64,000 nt of DNA from positions 28,632,388-28,696,387 of the forward strand of contig NC_092670.1 of assembly GCF_964355755.1 (NCBI RefSeq). Direction: 5' to 3'. This DNA comes from Antedon mediterranea (Eukaryota > Animalia > Echinodermata). This document shows positions 9,113 to 23,383 of this stretch, piece by piece. A program made the position numbers and the translations under genes. Position 1 is the first letter of the stretch; each line of letters starts with the position of its first letter. The notes beneath the pieces were generated by a model, which saw only the letters and a list, made by a program, of their open reading frames with translations, was not told the DNA's origin and did not search any database.

Positions 9113-12100
9113 CCCTCTCTCTCGCTGATCTATCTCTGTCTCGCTGATCTATCTCTCTGTCTCACTGATTTATCTCTCTGTCTCGCTGATCTATATCTCT
9201 GTCTCGCTGATATATCTATCTCTCGCTGATCTATCTCTCTGTCTCGCTGATCTATCTCTGTCTCGCTGATCTATCTCTCTGTCTCGCTGATTTATGTCTC
9301 TGTCTCTCTGATCTATCTCTCTCTCTCGCTGATCTATCTCTCTCTCGCTGATCTATCTCTCTCTCGCTGATCTATCTCTCTCTCGCTGATCTATATCTCT
9401 CTCGCTGATCTATCTCTCTCTCGCTGATCTATCTCTCTCTCGCTGATCTATCTCTCTCTCGCTGATCTATCTCTCTCGCTGAACTATCTCTCTCTCGTTG
9501 ATCTATCTCTCTCTCGCTGATCTATCTCTCTCTCGCTGATCTATCTCTCTCTCGCTGATCTATCTCTCTCTCTCGCTGATCTATCTCTGTCTCGCTGATC
9601 TATCTCTGTCTCGCTGATCTATCTCTGTCTCGCTGATCTATCTCTGTCTCGCTGATCTATCTCTCTGTCTCGAAGATCTATCTCTGTCTCGCTGATCTAT
9701 CTCTCTCTCGCTGATCTATCTCTCTCTCGCTGATCTATCTCTCTGTCTCGCTGATCTATCTCTGTCTCGCTGCTCTATCTCTCTGTCTCACTGATTTATC
9801 TCTCTGTCTCGCTGATCTATATCTCTGTCTCGCTGATATATCTATCTCTCGCTGATCTATCTCTCTGTCTCGCTGATCTATCTCTGTCTCGCTGATCTAT
9901 CTCTCTGTCTCGCTGATTTATGTCTCTGTCTCGCTGATCTATCTCTCTCTCTCGCTGATCTATCTCTCTCTCGCTGATCTACCTCTCTCTCGCTGATCTA
10001 TTTCTCTCTCGCTGATCTATCTCTGTCTCGATGATCTATCTCTCTCTCTCGCAGATCTATCTCTGTCTCGCTGATCTATCTCTCTCTCGCTGATCTATCT
10101 CTCTCTCGCTGATTTATCTCTGTCTCGCTGATCTATCTCTCTCTCGCTGATCTATCTCTCTCTCGATGATCTATCTCTCTCGCTGATCTATCTCTCTCTC
10201 GCTGATCTATCTCTCTCTTGCTGATCTATCTCTCTCTCTCGCTGATCTATCTCTCTCTCTCGCTGATCTATCTTTCTCTCGATGACCTATCTCTCTCTCG
10301 CTGATTTATCTCTCTCTCGCTGATGTATCTCTTTCTCGCTGATCTATCTCTCTCTCGCTGATCTATCTCTCTCTATCGCTGATCAATCTCTCTCTCGCTG
10401 ATCTATCTCTCTCTCGTTGATCTCTCTCTCTCGTTGATCTATCTCTCTCTCTCGCTGATCTATCTCTCTCTCTCGCTGATCTATCTCTCTCTCGCTGATC
10501 TATCTCTCTCTCGCTGATCTATCTCTGTCTCGCTGATCAATCTCTGGCTCACTGATCTATCTCTGTCTCGCTGATCTATCTCTGTCTCGCTGATCTATCT
10601 CTCTCTCGCTGATCTATCTCTGTCTGGCTGATCTATCTCTCTCTCCCTGATCTCTCTCTCTCTCTCTCGCTGATCTATCTCTCTCGCTGATCTATCTCTC
10701 TGTCTCGCTGATCTATCTCTGTCTCGCTGATCTATCTCTCTGTCTCGCTGATCTATCTCTCTGTCTCGCTGATCTATCTCTATGTCTCGCTGATCTATCT
10801 CTCTGTATCGCTGATCTATCTCTCTCTCTCGCTGATCTATCTCTCTCTCGCTGATCTATCTCTCTCTCTCGCTGATCTATCTCTCTCTCTCGCTGATCGA
10901 TCTCTCTCTCGCTGATCTATCTCTCTCTCGCTGATCTATCTCTCTCTGGCTGATCTATCTATCTCTCTGTCGCTGATCTATCTCTGTCTCGCTGATCTAT
11001 CTCTCTCTCGCAGATCTATCTCTGTCTCGCTGATCTATCTCTCTGTCTCGCTGATCTATCTCTGTCTCGCTGATCTATCTCTCTGTCTCGCTGATCTATC
11101 TCTGCCTCGCTGATCTATCTCTGTCTCGCTGATCTATCTCTCTCTCTCTCTCGCTGATCTATCTCTGTCTCGCTGATCTATCCCTCTGTCTCACTGATCT
11201 ATCTCTGTCTCGCTGATCTATCTCTCTGTCTCGCTGATCTATCTCTCTCTCGCTGATCTATCTCTCTCTCGCTGATCTATCTCTCTCTCGCTGATCTATC
11301 TATCTCTCGCTGATCTATCTCTCTCTCTCTCTCTCTCGCTGATCTATCTCTCTCTCGCTGATCTATCTCTCTCTCGCTGATCAATCTTTGTCTCGCTGAT
11401 CTATCTCTCTCTCGCAGTTCTATCTCTGGCTCGCTGATCTATCTCTGTCTCGCTGATCTATCTCTGTCTCGCTGATTTATCTCTGTCTCGCTGATCTATC
11501 TCTGTCTCGCTGATCTATCTCTGTCTCGCTGATCTATCTCTCTCCCTGATCTATCTCTCTCTCGCTGATCTATCTCTCTCTCTGATCTATCTCTCTGTCG
11601 CTGATCTATCTCTCTCTCGCTGATCTTTCTCTTTCTCGCTGATCTGTCTCTCTCTCGCTGATCTTTCTCTCTCTCGCTGATCTATCTTTCTCTCGCTGAT
11701 CTGTCTCTGTCTCGCTGATCTGTCTCTGTTTCGCTGATCTATCTCTGTCTCGCTGATCTGTATCTGTCTCGCTGATCTGTCTCTTTCTCGCTGATCTATC
11801 TCTCTCTCGCTGATTTATCTCTCTCTCGCTGATCTATCTCTCTCTGGCTGATCTATCTCTCTCTCTCGCTGATCTATCTCATTCTCGCTGATCTATCTCT
11901 GTCTCGCTGATCTATCTCTCTCTCGCTGATCTATCTCTCTCTCGATGATCTATCTCTCTCGCTGATCTATCTCTCTCTCGCTGATCTATCTCTCTCTCGC
12001 TGATCTATCTCTCTCTCTCGCTGATCAATCTCTCTCTCGCTGATCTATCTCTCTCTCGTTGATATCTCTCTCTCGTTGATCTATCTCTCTCTCTCGCTGA

Positions 12101-15100
12101 TCTATCTCTCTCTCTCGCTGATCTATCTCTCTCTCGCTGATCTATCTCTCTCTCGCTGATCTATCTCTGTCTCGCTGATCAATCTCTGTCTCACTGATCT
12201 ATCTCTGTCTCGCTGATCTATCTCTGTCTCGCTGATCTATCTCTCTCTCGCTGATCTATCTCTGTCTGGCTGATCTATCTCTCTCTCCCTGATCTCTCTC
12301 TCTCTCTCGCTGATCTATCTCTCTCGCTGATCTATCTCTCTGTCTCGCTGATCTATCTCTGTCTCGCTGATCTATATCTCTGTCTCGCTGATCTATCTCT
12401 CTGTCTCGCTGATCTATCTCTATGTCTCGCTGATCTATCTCTCTGTATCGCTGATCTATCTCTCTCTCTCGCTGATCTATCTTTCTCTCGCTGATCTATC
12501 TCTCTATCGCTGATCTATCTCTCTCTCGCTGATCTATCTCTCTCTCTAGCTGATCAATCTCTCTCTCGCTGATCTATCTCTCTATCGCTGATCTCTCTCT
12601 CTCTCTCTGATCTATCTCTCTCTCTCTCTCTCTCTCTGATCTATCTCTCTCTCGCTGATCTATCTCTCTCTCGCTGATCTATCTCTCTCTCGCTGATCTA
12701 TCTCTCTCTCGCTGATCTATCTCTCTCTCGCTGATCTATCTCTCTCTCGCTGATCTATCTCTCTCTCGCTGATCTATCTCTCTCGCTGAACTATCTCTCT
12801 CTCGTTGATCTATCTCTCTCTCGCTGATCTATCTCTCTCTCGCTGATCTATCTCTCTCTCGCTGATCTATCTCTCTCTCTCGCTGATCTATCTCTGTCTC
12901 GCTGATCTATCTCTGTCTCGCTGATCTATCTCTGTCTCGCTGATCTATCTCTGTCTCGCTGATCTATCTCTCTGTCTCGAAGATCTATCTCTGTCTCGCT
13001 GATCTATCTCTCTCTCGCTGATCTATCTCTCTCTCGCTGATCTATCTCTCTGTCTCGCTGATCTATCTCTGTCTCGCTGCTCTATCTCTCTGTCTCACTG
13101 ATTTATCTCTCTGTCTCGCTGATCTATATCTCTGTCTCGCTGATATATCTATCTCTCGCTGATCTATCTCTCTGTCTCGCTGATCTATCTCTGTCTCGCT
13201 GATCTATCTCTCTGTCTCGCTGATTTATGTCTCTGTCTCGCTGATCTATCTCTCTCTCTCGCTGATCTATCTCTCTCTCGCTGATCTACCTCTCTCTCGC
13301 TGATCTATTTCTCTCTCGCTGATCTATCTCTGTCTCGATGATCTATCTCTCTCTCTCGCAGATCTATCTCTGTCTCGCTGATCTATCTCTCTCTCGCTGA
13401 TCTATCTCTCTCTCGCTGATTTATCTCTGTCTCGCTGATCTATCTCTCTCTCGCTGATCTATCTCTCTCTCGATGATCTATCTCTCTCGCTGATCTATCT
13501 CTCTCTCGCTGATCTATCTCTCTCTCGCTGATCTATCTCTCTCTCTCGCTGATCTATCTCTCTCTCGCTGATCTATCTTTCTCTCGATGACCTATCTCTC
13601 TCTCGCTGATTTATCTCTCTCTCGCTGATGTATCTCTTTCTCGCTGATCTATCTCTCTCTCGCTGATCTATCTCTCTCTATCGCTGATCAATCTCTCTCT
13701 CGCTGATCTATCTCTCTCTCGTTGATCTCTCTCTCTCGTTGATCTATCTCTCTCTCTCGCTGATCTATCTCTCTCTCTCGCTGATCTATCTCTCTCTCGC
13801 TGATCTATCTCTCTCTCGCTGATCTATCTCTGTCTCGCTGATCAATCTCTGGCTCACTGATCTATCTCTGTCTCGCTGATCTATCTCTGTCTCGCTGATC
13901 TATCTCTCTCTCGCTGATCTATCTCTGTCTGGCTGATCTATCTCTCTCTCCCTGATCTCTCTCTCTCTCTCTCGCTGATCTATCTCTCTCGCTGATCTAT
14001 CTCTCTGTCTCGCTGATCTATCTCTGTCTCGCTGATCTATCTCTCTGTCTCGCTGATCTATCTCTCTGTCTCGCTGATCTATCTCTATGTCTCGCTGATC
14101 TATCTCTCTGTATCGCTGATCTATCTCTCTCTCTCGCTGATCTATCTCTCTCTCGCTGATCTATCTCTCTCTCTCGCTGATCTATCTCTCTCTCTCGCTG
14201 ATCGATCTCTCTCTCGCTGATCTATCTCTCTCTCGCTGATCTATCTCTCTCTGGCTGATCTATCTATCTCTCTGTCGCTGATCTATCTCTGTCTCGCTGA
14301 TCTATCTCTCTCTCGCAGATCTATCTCTGTCTCGCTGATCTATCTCTCTGTCTCGCTGATCTATCTCTGTCTCGCTGATCTATCTCTCTGTCTCGCTGAT
14401 CTATCTCTGCCTCGCTGATCTATCTCTGTCTCGCTGATCTATCTCTCTCTCTCTCTCGCTGATCTATCTCTGTCTCGCTGATCTATCTCTCTGTCTCACT
14501 GATTTATCTCTCTGTCTCGCTGATCTATATCTCTGTCTCGCTGATATATCTATCTCTCGCTGATCTATCTCTCTGTCTCGCTGATCTATCTCTGTCTCGC
14601 TGATCTATCTCTCTGTCTCGCTGATTTATGTCTCTGTCTCTCTGATCTATCTCTCTCTCTCGCTGATCTATCTCTCTCTCGCTGATCTATCTCTCTCTCG
14701 CTGATCTATCTCTCTCTCGCTGATCTATATCTCTCTCGCTGATCTATCTCTCTCTCGCTGATCTATCTCTCTCTCGCTGATCTATCTCTCTCTCGCTGAT
14801 CTATCTCTCTCGCTGAACTATCTCTCTCTCGTTGATCTATCTCTCTCTCGCTGATCTATCTCTCTCTCGCTGATCTATCTCTCTCTCGCTGATCTATCTC
14901 TCTCTCTCGCTGATCTATCTCTGTCTCGCTGATCTATCTCTGTCTCGCTGATCTATCTCTGTCTCGCTGATCTATCTCTGTCTCGCTGATCTATCTCTCT
15001 GTCTCGAAGATCTATCTCTGTCTCGCTGATCTATCTCTCTCTCGCTGATCTATCTCTCTCTCGCTGATCTATCTCTCTGTCTCGCTGATCTATCTCTGTC

Positions 15101-18100
15101 TCGCTGCTCTATCTCTCTGTCTCACTGATTTATCTCTCTGTCTCGCTGATCTATATCTCTGTCTCGCTGATATATCTATCTCTCGCTGATCTATCTCTCT
15201 GTCTCGCTGATCTATCTCTGTCTCGCTGATCTATCTCTCTGTCTCGCTGATTTATGTCTCTGTCTCGCTGATCTATCTCTCTCTCTCGCTGATCTATCTC
15301 TCTCTCGCTGATCTACCTCTCTCTCGCTGATCTATTTCTCTCTCGCTGATCTATCTCTGTCTCGATGATCTATCTCTCTCTCTCGCAGATCTATCTCTGT
15401 CTCGCTGATCTATCTCTCTCTCGCTGATCTATCTCTCTCTCGCTGATTTATCTCTGTCTCGCTGATCTATCTCTCTCTCGCTGATCTATCTCTCTCTCGA
15501 TGATCTATCTCTCTCGCTGATCTATCTCTCTCTCGCTGATCTATCTCTCTCTTGCTGATCTATCTCTCTCTCTCGCTGATCTATCTCTCTCTCTCGCTGA
15601 TCTATCTTTCTCTCGATGACCTATCTCTCTCTCGCTGATTTATCTCTCTCTCGCTGATGTATCTCTTTCTCGCTGATCTATCTCTCTCTCGCTGATCTAT
15701 CTCTCTCTATCGCTGATCAATCTCTCTCTCGCTGATCTATCTCTCTCTCGTTGATCTCTCTCTCTCGTTGATCTATCTCTCTCTCTCGCTGATCTATCTC
15801 TCTCTCTCGCTGATCTATCTCTCTCTCGCTGATCTATCTCTCTCTCGCTGATCTATCTCTGTCTCGCTGATCAATCTCTGGCTCACTGATCTATCTCTGT
15901 CTCGCTGATCTATCTCTGTCTCGCTGATCTATCTCTCTCTCGCTGATCTATCTCTGTCTGGCTGATCTATCTCTCTCTCCCTGATCTCTCTCTCTCTCTC
16001 TCGCTGATCTATCTCTCTCGCTGATCTATCTCTCTGTCTCGCTGATCTATCTCTGTCTCGCTGATCTATCTCTCTGTCTCGCTGATCTATCTCTCTGTCT
16101 CGCTGATCTATCTCTATGTCTCGCTGATCTATCTCTCTGTATCGCTGATCTATCTCTCTCTCTCGCTGATCTATCTCTCTCTCGCTGATCTATCTCTCTC
16201 TCTCGCTGATCTATCTCTCTCTCTCGCTGATCGATCTCTCTCTCGCTGATCTATCTCTCTCTCGCTGATCTATCTCTCTCTGGCTGATCTATCTATCTCT
16301 CTGTCGCTGATCTATCTCTGTCTCGCTGATCTATCTCTCTCTCGCAGATCTATCTCTGTCTCGCTGATCTATCTCTCTGTCTCGCTGATCTATCTCTGTC
16401 TCGCTGATCTATCTCTCTGTCTCGCTGATCTATCTCTGCCTCGCTGATCTATCTCTGTCTCGCTGATCTATCTCTCTCTCTCTCTCGCTGATCTATCTCT
16501 GTCTCGCTGATCTATCCCTCTGTCTCACTGATCTATCTCTGTCTCGCTGATCTATCTCTCTGTCTCGCTGATCTATCTCTCTCTCGCTGATCTATCTCTC
16601 TCTCGCTGATCTATCTCTCTCTCGCTGATCTATCTATCTCTCGCTGATCTATCTCTCTCTCTCTCTCTCTCGCTGATCTATCTCTCTCTCGCTGATCTAT
16701 CTCTCTCTCGCTGATCAATCTTTGTCTCGCTGATCTATCTCTCTCTCGCAGTTCTATCTCTGGCTCGCTGATCTATCTCTGTCTCGCTGATCTATCTCTG
16801 TCTCGCTGATTTATCTCTGTCTCGCTGATCTATCTCTGTCTCGCTGATCTATCTCTGTCTCGCTGATCTATCTCTCTCCCTGATCTATCTCTCTCTCGCT
16901 GATCTATCTCTCTCTCTGATCTATCTCTCTGTCGCTGATCTATCTCTCTCTCGCTGATCTTTCTCTTTCTCGCTGATCTGTCTCTCTCTCGCTGATCTTT
17001 CTCTCTCTCGCTGATCTATCTTTCTCTCGCTGATCTGTCTCTGTCTCGCTGATCTGTCTCTGTTTCGCTGATCTATCTCTGTCTCGCTGATCTGTATCTG
17101 TCTCGCTGATCTGTCTCTTTCTCGCTGATCTATCTCTCTCTCGCTGATTTATCTCTCTCTCGCTGATCTATCTCTCTCTGGCTGATCTATCTCTCTCTCT
17201 CGCTGATCTATCTCATTCTCGCTGATCTATCTCTGTCTCGCTGATCTATCTCTCTCTCGCTGATCTATCTCTCTCTCGATGATCTATCTCTCTCGCTGAT
17301 CTATCTCTCTCTCGCTGATCTATCTCTCTCTCGCTGATCTATCTCTCTCTCTCGCTGATCAATCTCTCTCTCGCTGATCTATCTCTCTCTCGTTGATATC
17401 TCTCTCTCGTTGATCTATCTCTCTCTCTCGCTGATCTATCTCTCTCTCTCGCTGATCTATCTCACTCTCGCTGATCTATCTCTCTCTCGCTGATCAATCT
17501 CTCTCTCGCTGATCTATCTCTCTCTCGTTGATGTCTCTCTCTCGTTGATCTATCTCTCTCTCTCGCTGATCTATCTCTCTCTCTCGCTGATCTATCTCAC
17601 TCTCGCTGATCTATCTCTCTCTCGCTGATCTATCTCTGTCTCGCTGATCAATCTCTGTCTCACTGATCTATCTCTGTCTCGCTGATCTATCTCTGTCTCG
17701 CTGATCTATCTCTCTCTCGCTGATCTATCTCTGTCTGGCTGATCTATCTCTCTCTCCCTGATCTCTCTTTCTCTCTCTCGCTGATCTATCTCTCTCGCTG
17801 ATCTATCTCTCTGTCTCGCTGATCTATCTCTGTCTCGCTGATCTATCTCTCTGTCTCGCTGATCTATCTCTCTGTCTCAATGATCTATCTCTATGTCTCA
17901 CTGATCTATCTCTCTGTATCGCTGATCTATCTCTCTCTCTCTCGCTGATCTATCTCTCTCTCGCTGATCTATCTCTCTCTCTCGCTGATCTATCTCTCTC
18001 TCTCGCTGATCTATCTCTCTCTCGCTGATCTATCTCTCTCTCGCTGATCTATCTCTCTCTGGCTGATCTATCTATCTCTCTGTCGCTGATCTATCTCTGT

Positions 18101-21100
18101 CTCGCTGATCTATCTCTCTCTCGCAGATCTATCTCTGTCTCGCTGATCTATCTCTCTGTCTCGCTGATCTATCTCTGTCTCGCTGATCTATCTCTCTGTC
18201 TCGCTGATCTATCTCTGCCTCGCTGATCTATCTCTGTCTCGCTGATCTATCTCTCTCTCTCTATCTCTCTCGCTGATCTATCTCTGTCTCGCTGATCTAT
18301 CCCTCTGTCTCACTGATCTATCTCTGTCTCGCTGATCTATCTCTCTGTCTCGCTGATCTATCTCTCTCTCGCTGATCTATCTCTCTCTGGCTGATCTATC
18401 TCTCTCTCTCTCGCTGATCTATCTCTCTCTCGCTGATCTATCTCTCTCGCTGATCTATCTCTCTCTCGCTGATCTATCTTTCTCTCGCTGATCTATCTCT
18501 CTCTCGCTGATCTATCTCTCTCTCTCGCTGATCTATCTCTCTCTCGCTGATCTATCTTTCTCTCGCTGACCTATCTCTCTCTCGCTGATCTATCTCTCTC
18601 TCGCTGATCTATCTTTCTCTCGCTGACCTATCTCTCTCTCGCTGATCTATCTCTCTCTCGCTGATGTATCTCTCTGTCTCGCTGATCTATCTCTCTGTCT
18701 CGCTGATCTATCTCTATGTCTCGCTGATCTATCTCTCTGTCTCGCTGATCTATCTCTGTCTCGCTGATCTATCTCTCTGTCTCGCTGATCTATCTCTCTG
18801 TCTCGCTGATCTATCTATCTCTCGCTGATCTATCTCTCTCTCTCGCTGATCTATCTATCTCTCGCTGATCTATCTCTCTCTCTCTCTCGCTGATCTATCT
18901 CTCTCTCGCTGATCTATCTCTCTCTCGCTGATCAATCTTTGTCTCGCTGATCTATCTCTCTCTCGCAGATCTATCTCTGGCTCGCTGATCTATCTCTGTC
19001 TCGCTGATCTATCTCTGTCTCGCTGATTTATCTCTGTCTCGCTGATCTATCTCTGTCTCGCTGATCTATCTCTGTCTCGCTGATCTATCTCTCTCCCTGA
19101 TCTATCTCTCTCTCGCTGATCTATCTCTCTCTCTCTGATCTATCTCTCTGTCGCTGATCTATCTCTCTCTCGCTGATCTTTCTCTTTCTCGCTGATCTGT
19201 CTCTCTCTCGCTGATCTTTCTCTCTCTCGCTGATCTATCTTTCTCTCGCTGATCTGTCTCTGTCTCGCTGATCTGTCTCTGTTTCGCTGATCTATCTCTG
19301 TCTCGCTGATCTGTATCTGTCTCGCTGATCTGTCTCTTTCTCGCTGATCTATCTCTCTCTCGCTGATTTATCTCTCTCTCGCTGATCTATCTCTCTCTGG
19401 CTGATCTATCTCTCTCTCTCGCTGATCTATCTCTCTCTCGATGATCTATCTCTCTCGCTGATCTATCTCTCTCTCGCTGATCTATCTCTCTCTCGCTGAT
19501 CTATCTCTCTCTCGATGATCTATCTCTCTCGCTGATCTATCTCTCTCTCTCGCTGATCTATCTTTTTCTCGCTGACCTATCTCTCTCTCGCTGATCTCTC
19601 TCTCTCTCGCTGATGTATCTCTCTCTCGCTGATCTATCTCTCTCTCGCATATCTATCTCTCTCTCTCGCTGATCAATCTCTCTCTCGCTGATCTATCTCT
19701 CTCTCTCTCTCTCGTTGATCTGTCTCCCTCTCGTTGATCTATCTCTCTCTCTCGCTGATCTATCTCTCTCTCTCGCTGATCTATCTCTCTCTCGCTGATC
19801 TATCTCTCTCTCTCGCTGATCTATCTCTCTCTCTCGCTGATCTATCTCTGTCTCACTGATCTATCTCTGTCTCGCTGATCTATCTCTGTCTCGCTGATCT
19901 ATCTCTCTCTCGGTGATCTATCTCTGTCTGGCTGATCTATCTCTCTCTCCCTGATCTCTCTCTCTCTCTCGCTGATCTATCTCTCTCGCTGATCTATCTC
20001 TCTGTTTCGCTGATATATCTCTGTCTCGCTGATCTGTCTCTCTGTCTCGCTGATCTATCTCTCTGTCTCGCTGATCTATCTCTATGTCTCGCTGATCTAT
20101 CTCTCTGTATCGCTGATCTATCTCTCTGTCTCGCTGATCTATCTCTCTGTCTCGCTGATCTATCTATCTCTCGCTGATCTATCTCTCTCTCGTTGATCTA
20201 TCTCTCTCTCGCTGATATATCTCTCTCTCGCTGATCTATCTTTCTCTCGCTGATCTATCTGTCTCTCTCGCTGATCTATCTCTCTCTCTCTCTCGCTGAT
20301 CTGTCTTTCTCTCGCTGGTCTGTCTCTCTCTCGCTGATCTGTCTCTCCGTCCCTGATCTGTGTCTCTCTCGCTGATCTGTCTCTCCCTCGCTGACCTGTC
20401 TCTCCCTCGCTGATCTGTCTTTCTCTCGCTGGTCTGTCTCTCTCTCGCTGATCTGTCTCTCCCTCGCTGATCTGTGTCTCTCTCGCTGATCTGTCTCTCC
20501 CTCGCTGACCTGTCTCTCCCTCGCTGATCTGTCTCTGTCTCGCTGATCTGTGTCTCTCTCGCTGATTTGTCTCTCCCTCGCTGATCTGTCTCTCCCTCGC
20601 TGATCCGTCTCTGTCTCGCTGATCTTTCTCTCTTTCGCTGATCTGTCTCTGTCTCGCTGATCTGTCTCTCTCTCGCTGATCTGTCTCTGTCTCGCTGATC
20701 TGTCTCTCTCTTGCTGACTGTCTCTCTCTCGCTGATATTTCTCTCTCTCGCTGATCTGTCTCTCTCTCGCTGATCTGTCTCTCTCTCGCTGATCTATCTC
20801 TTTCTCGCTGATCTGTCTCTGTCTCGCTGATCTGTCTCTCTCTCTCGCTGATCTGTCTCTCTCTAGCTGATCTGTATCTTTCTCGCTGATCTGTTTCTTT
20901 CTCGCTGATCTGTCTCTCTCTCTTGCTGATCTGTCTCTCCCTCGCTGATCTGTGTCTCTCTCGCTGATCTGTCTCTCCCTCGCTGACCTGTCTCTCCCTC
21001 GCTGATCTGTCTCTGTCTCGCTGATCTGTGTCTGTCTCGCTGATCTGTCTCTCCCTCGCTGACCTGTCTCTCCCTCGCTGATCTGTCTCTGTCTCGCTGA

Positions 21101-21143
21101 TCTGTGTCTCTCTCGCTGATCTGTCTCTCCCTCGCTGATCTAT
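9113..21143 (+). repeat. Satellite array 1, unit about 18-24 bp CTCGCTGATCTATCTCT(C/G)T, with kb-scale higher-order duplications
   Basis: Continuous 12-kb array; rare variant CGAAGATC at 9671, 12978 and 15005; GCAGTTC at 11415 and 16748. Confidence 0.98.
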
Positions 21144-22540
21144 TAATTAAACTAAAGTTATCCGTAACTATTATTACATAGTGCAGATATTATTATTACT
21201 TTTCTAAGGCTTAACCTTACTTTTATATACTGTACTTGAAAAAGTTGAATTCCATAACTAAGATAAGCTCTAGATAAATGGATTATTACATTTGTGATTC
21301 AGCCAAGGAGCATTATCAGTACGGGACATGTCAGCTCATTTAGGAGAAAAGATTAGTAATGACGTACATTTTATAAAAAAGTCTACTTTAGCGATAACAT
21401 TTTAAAAACTTAAAATACCAACAACTGACAACAACCATTTGGTCCAGCATAAAATCTGGATGTTTCAGCATACAAAGCCAGTTGAATCGCTCCACCAAAC
21501 CTGGAATAAATCATCCTGGATTCAGGTAAATTTAGGTAAATTAATTGTTTACTTACGGGTGAATTACAAAAACGGTCCATTTTGAAATAATCTGTGGAAC
21601 AAATGATTAGACCTAGCATTACATTTTTTGAAGAAAATAAAAGCACTGAAGCCAGGGGTAGCATATACTTACTAACGAGAAGGGCCTACTGTGGTCCAAC
21701 TTTTAATAACCCTCTCCTTTATGCTAGGTAGGCCCAGGGGCCTACTCTAACCTAGCTAGCTAGTGTGGTATGATTGATAGGCCTAGCTAGACTAGGCCTA
21801 TACATGACATAGGCCTACACCTAACCTCCTATCTAGGCTACAGACAGATTCAGCCAACTAGGCTAGGCCTAAACTATTATTAACCTAGCCTAGGCTAGGC
21901 CTAGGTAAACCAGGCTAGTAGGCCCTATAGCCTGGTCCTAGCTAGGAGGTAGGTTTAGTTCCTACCCTATAGTAATACTTTAATATGCAGGCCTAGCTAG
22001 GTAGGCTATGCCTCCTAGGCTAGGCCTAGCTAAGCTAGCTAGGACCTAGCCTAGCTAGGAGGGCTTATTAACTATTGTTAGGCCTCTAGCTAGCTAGCTA
22101 GGCCTACCTAGCCTAGGCCTAGCATTTTATGGTGGTATTTTTTTATTTTGGCCATTTAAAACAAAAAATCTCTGTACTTTAGTACAGGGATTTTAAAAGA
22201 AGGCACTTGGTTATGCAATAAAAAATTATGTTAGGATAATAAAAGGTAATAAAAGTACCTATAGCCTTACCTTTCTACAAACAGTCTGTTTTTAACGATC
22301 AGGTCAATACAGATGAATTAAAAAATTTAAAAAACACCGCGTCCGCGTATAAATAAACGGATGGGTTTATTTATAAAATTAGTGAAAGAGGCTGAATGAA
22401 AGTGATTACCTAACTGCTGAAAATTCTTCAGTCGTCGCGAGTGCATCTGAAATCAGCATAATTGCACCCAAAAAACAGGTGGCATCGCGATATGCTGATC
22501 GGCCGCCGCTGATTAGCATTGAAAAGTTGCATTATGCGCT
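21144..22540 (-). repeat. Direct duplicate of 7659-9112 (gene 5' region) embedded in the satellite
   Basis: Collinear from TAATTAAACTAAAGTTATCCG to GAAAAGTTGCATT, with scattered substitutions and indels. Confidence 0.97.
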
Positions 22541-22983
22541 CACTCTCGCTGATCTATCTCTCTCTCGCTGATCTATCTCTCTCTCGCTGATCTATCGCTC
22601 TCTCGCTGATCTATCTCTCTCTCGCTGATCAATCTCTCTCTCGCTGATCTATCTCTCTATCGCTGATCAATCTCTCTCTCGCTGATCTATTTCTCTCTCG
22701 CTGATCTATCTCTCTCTCGATGATCTATCTCTCTCTCGCTGATCTATCTCTCTCGCTGATCTATCTCTCTCTCGCTGATCTATCTCTTTCTCGCTGATCT
22801 ATCTCTCTCTCGCTGATCTATCTCTCTCGCTGATCTATCTCTCTCTCGCTGATCTATCTCTCTCTCGCTGATCTATCTCTCTCTCTCGCTGATCTATCTC
22901 TCTCTCGCTGATCTATCTCTCTCTCGCTGATCTATCTCTCTCTCTCGCTGATCTATCTCTCTCTCGCTGATCTATCTCTCTCT
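22541..22983 (+). repeat. Satellite array 2 (same unit)
   Basis: CTCGCTGATCTATCTCTCT repeats. Confidence 0.97.
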
Positions 22984-23383
22984 AGGAACAATGAAGCGCA
23001 ACCAGTACGCTACTTGAAAGATATCTCTTAATTGTTGTTATTATTTGACAATATTTGGACTTTTATTTGGTGTTGAACTCATAGTGATAAACAAGGAACT
23101 CATATAAAAGGAAAGTACACTTTTTATTACAGAACCCATTGCTAGATCCAAGTGATTTAGACCTTCAACGCCTAGGCCCACGGATTGGAAAAAAAAGTTG
23201 TACCATACGATCTATACAGGGTTAGTTTGGCCCTTTTCATTGCTGGGACCTCAAACGATCGTACCGCGTCTTTTCTGCCTTCTAATCGGCCAATCAGTGC
23301 AAGGCGTCGTTGTGCTAGGCAACAGTACTTTCTATTGTCTTCTTTTGTCCATTGAAATTGTACAAATACAACTGCATAGCGAG

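Noticed and set aside
9113-21143. Telomeric or centromeric identity of the satellite
   Set aside because: No TTAGGG/TTAGG-type repeat, and centromere function cannot be inferred from sequence alone.
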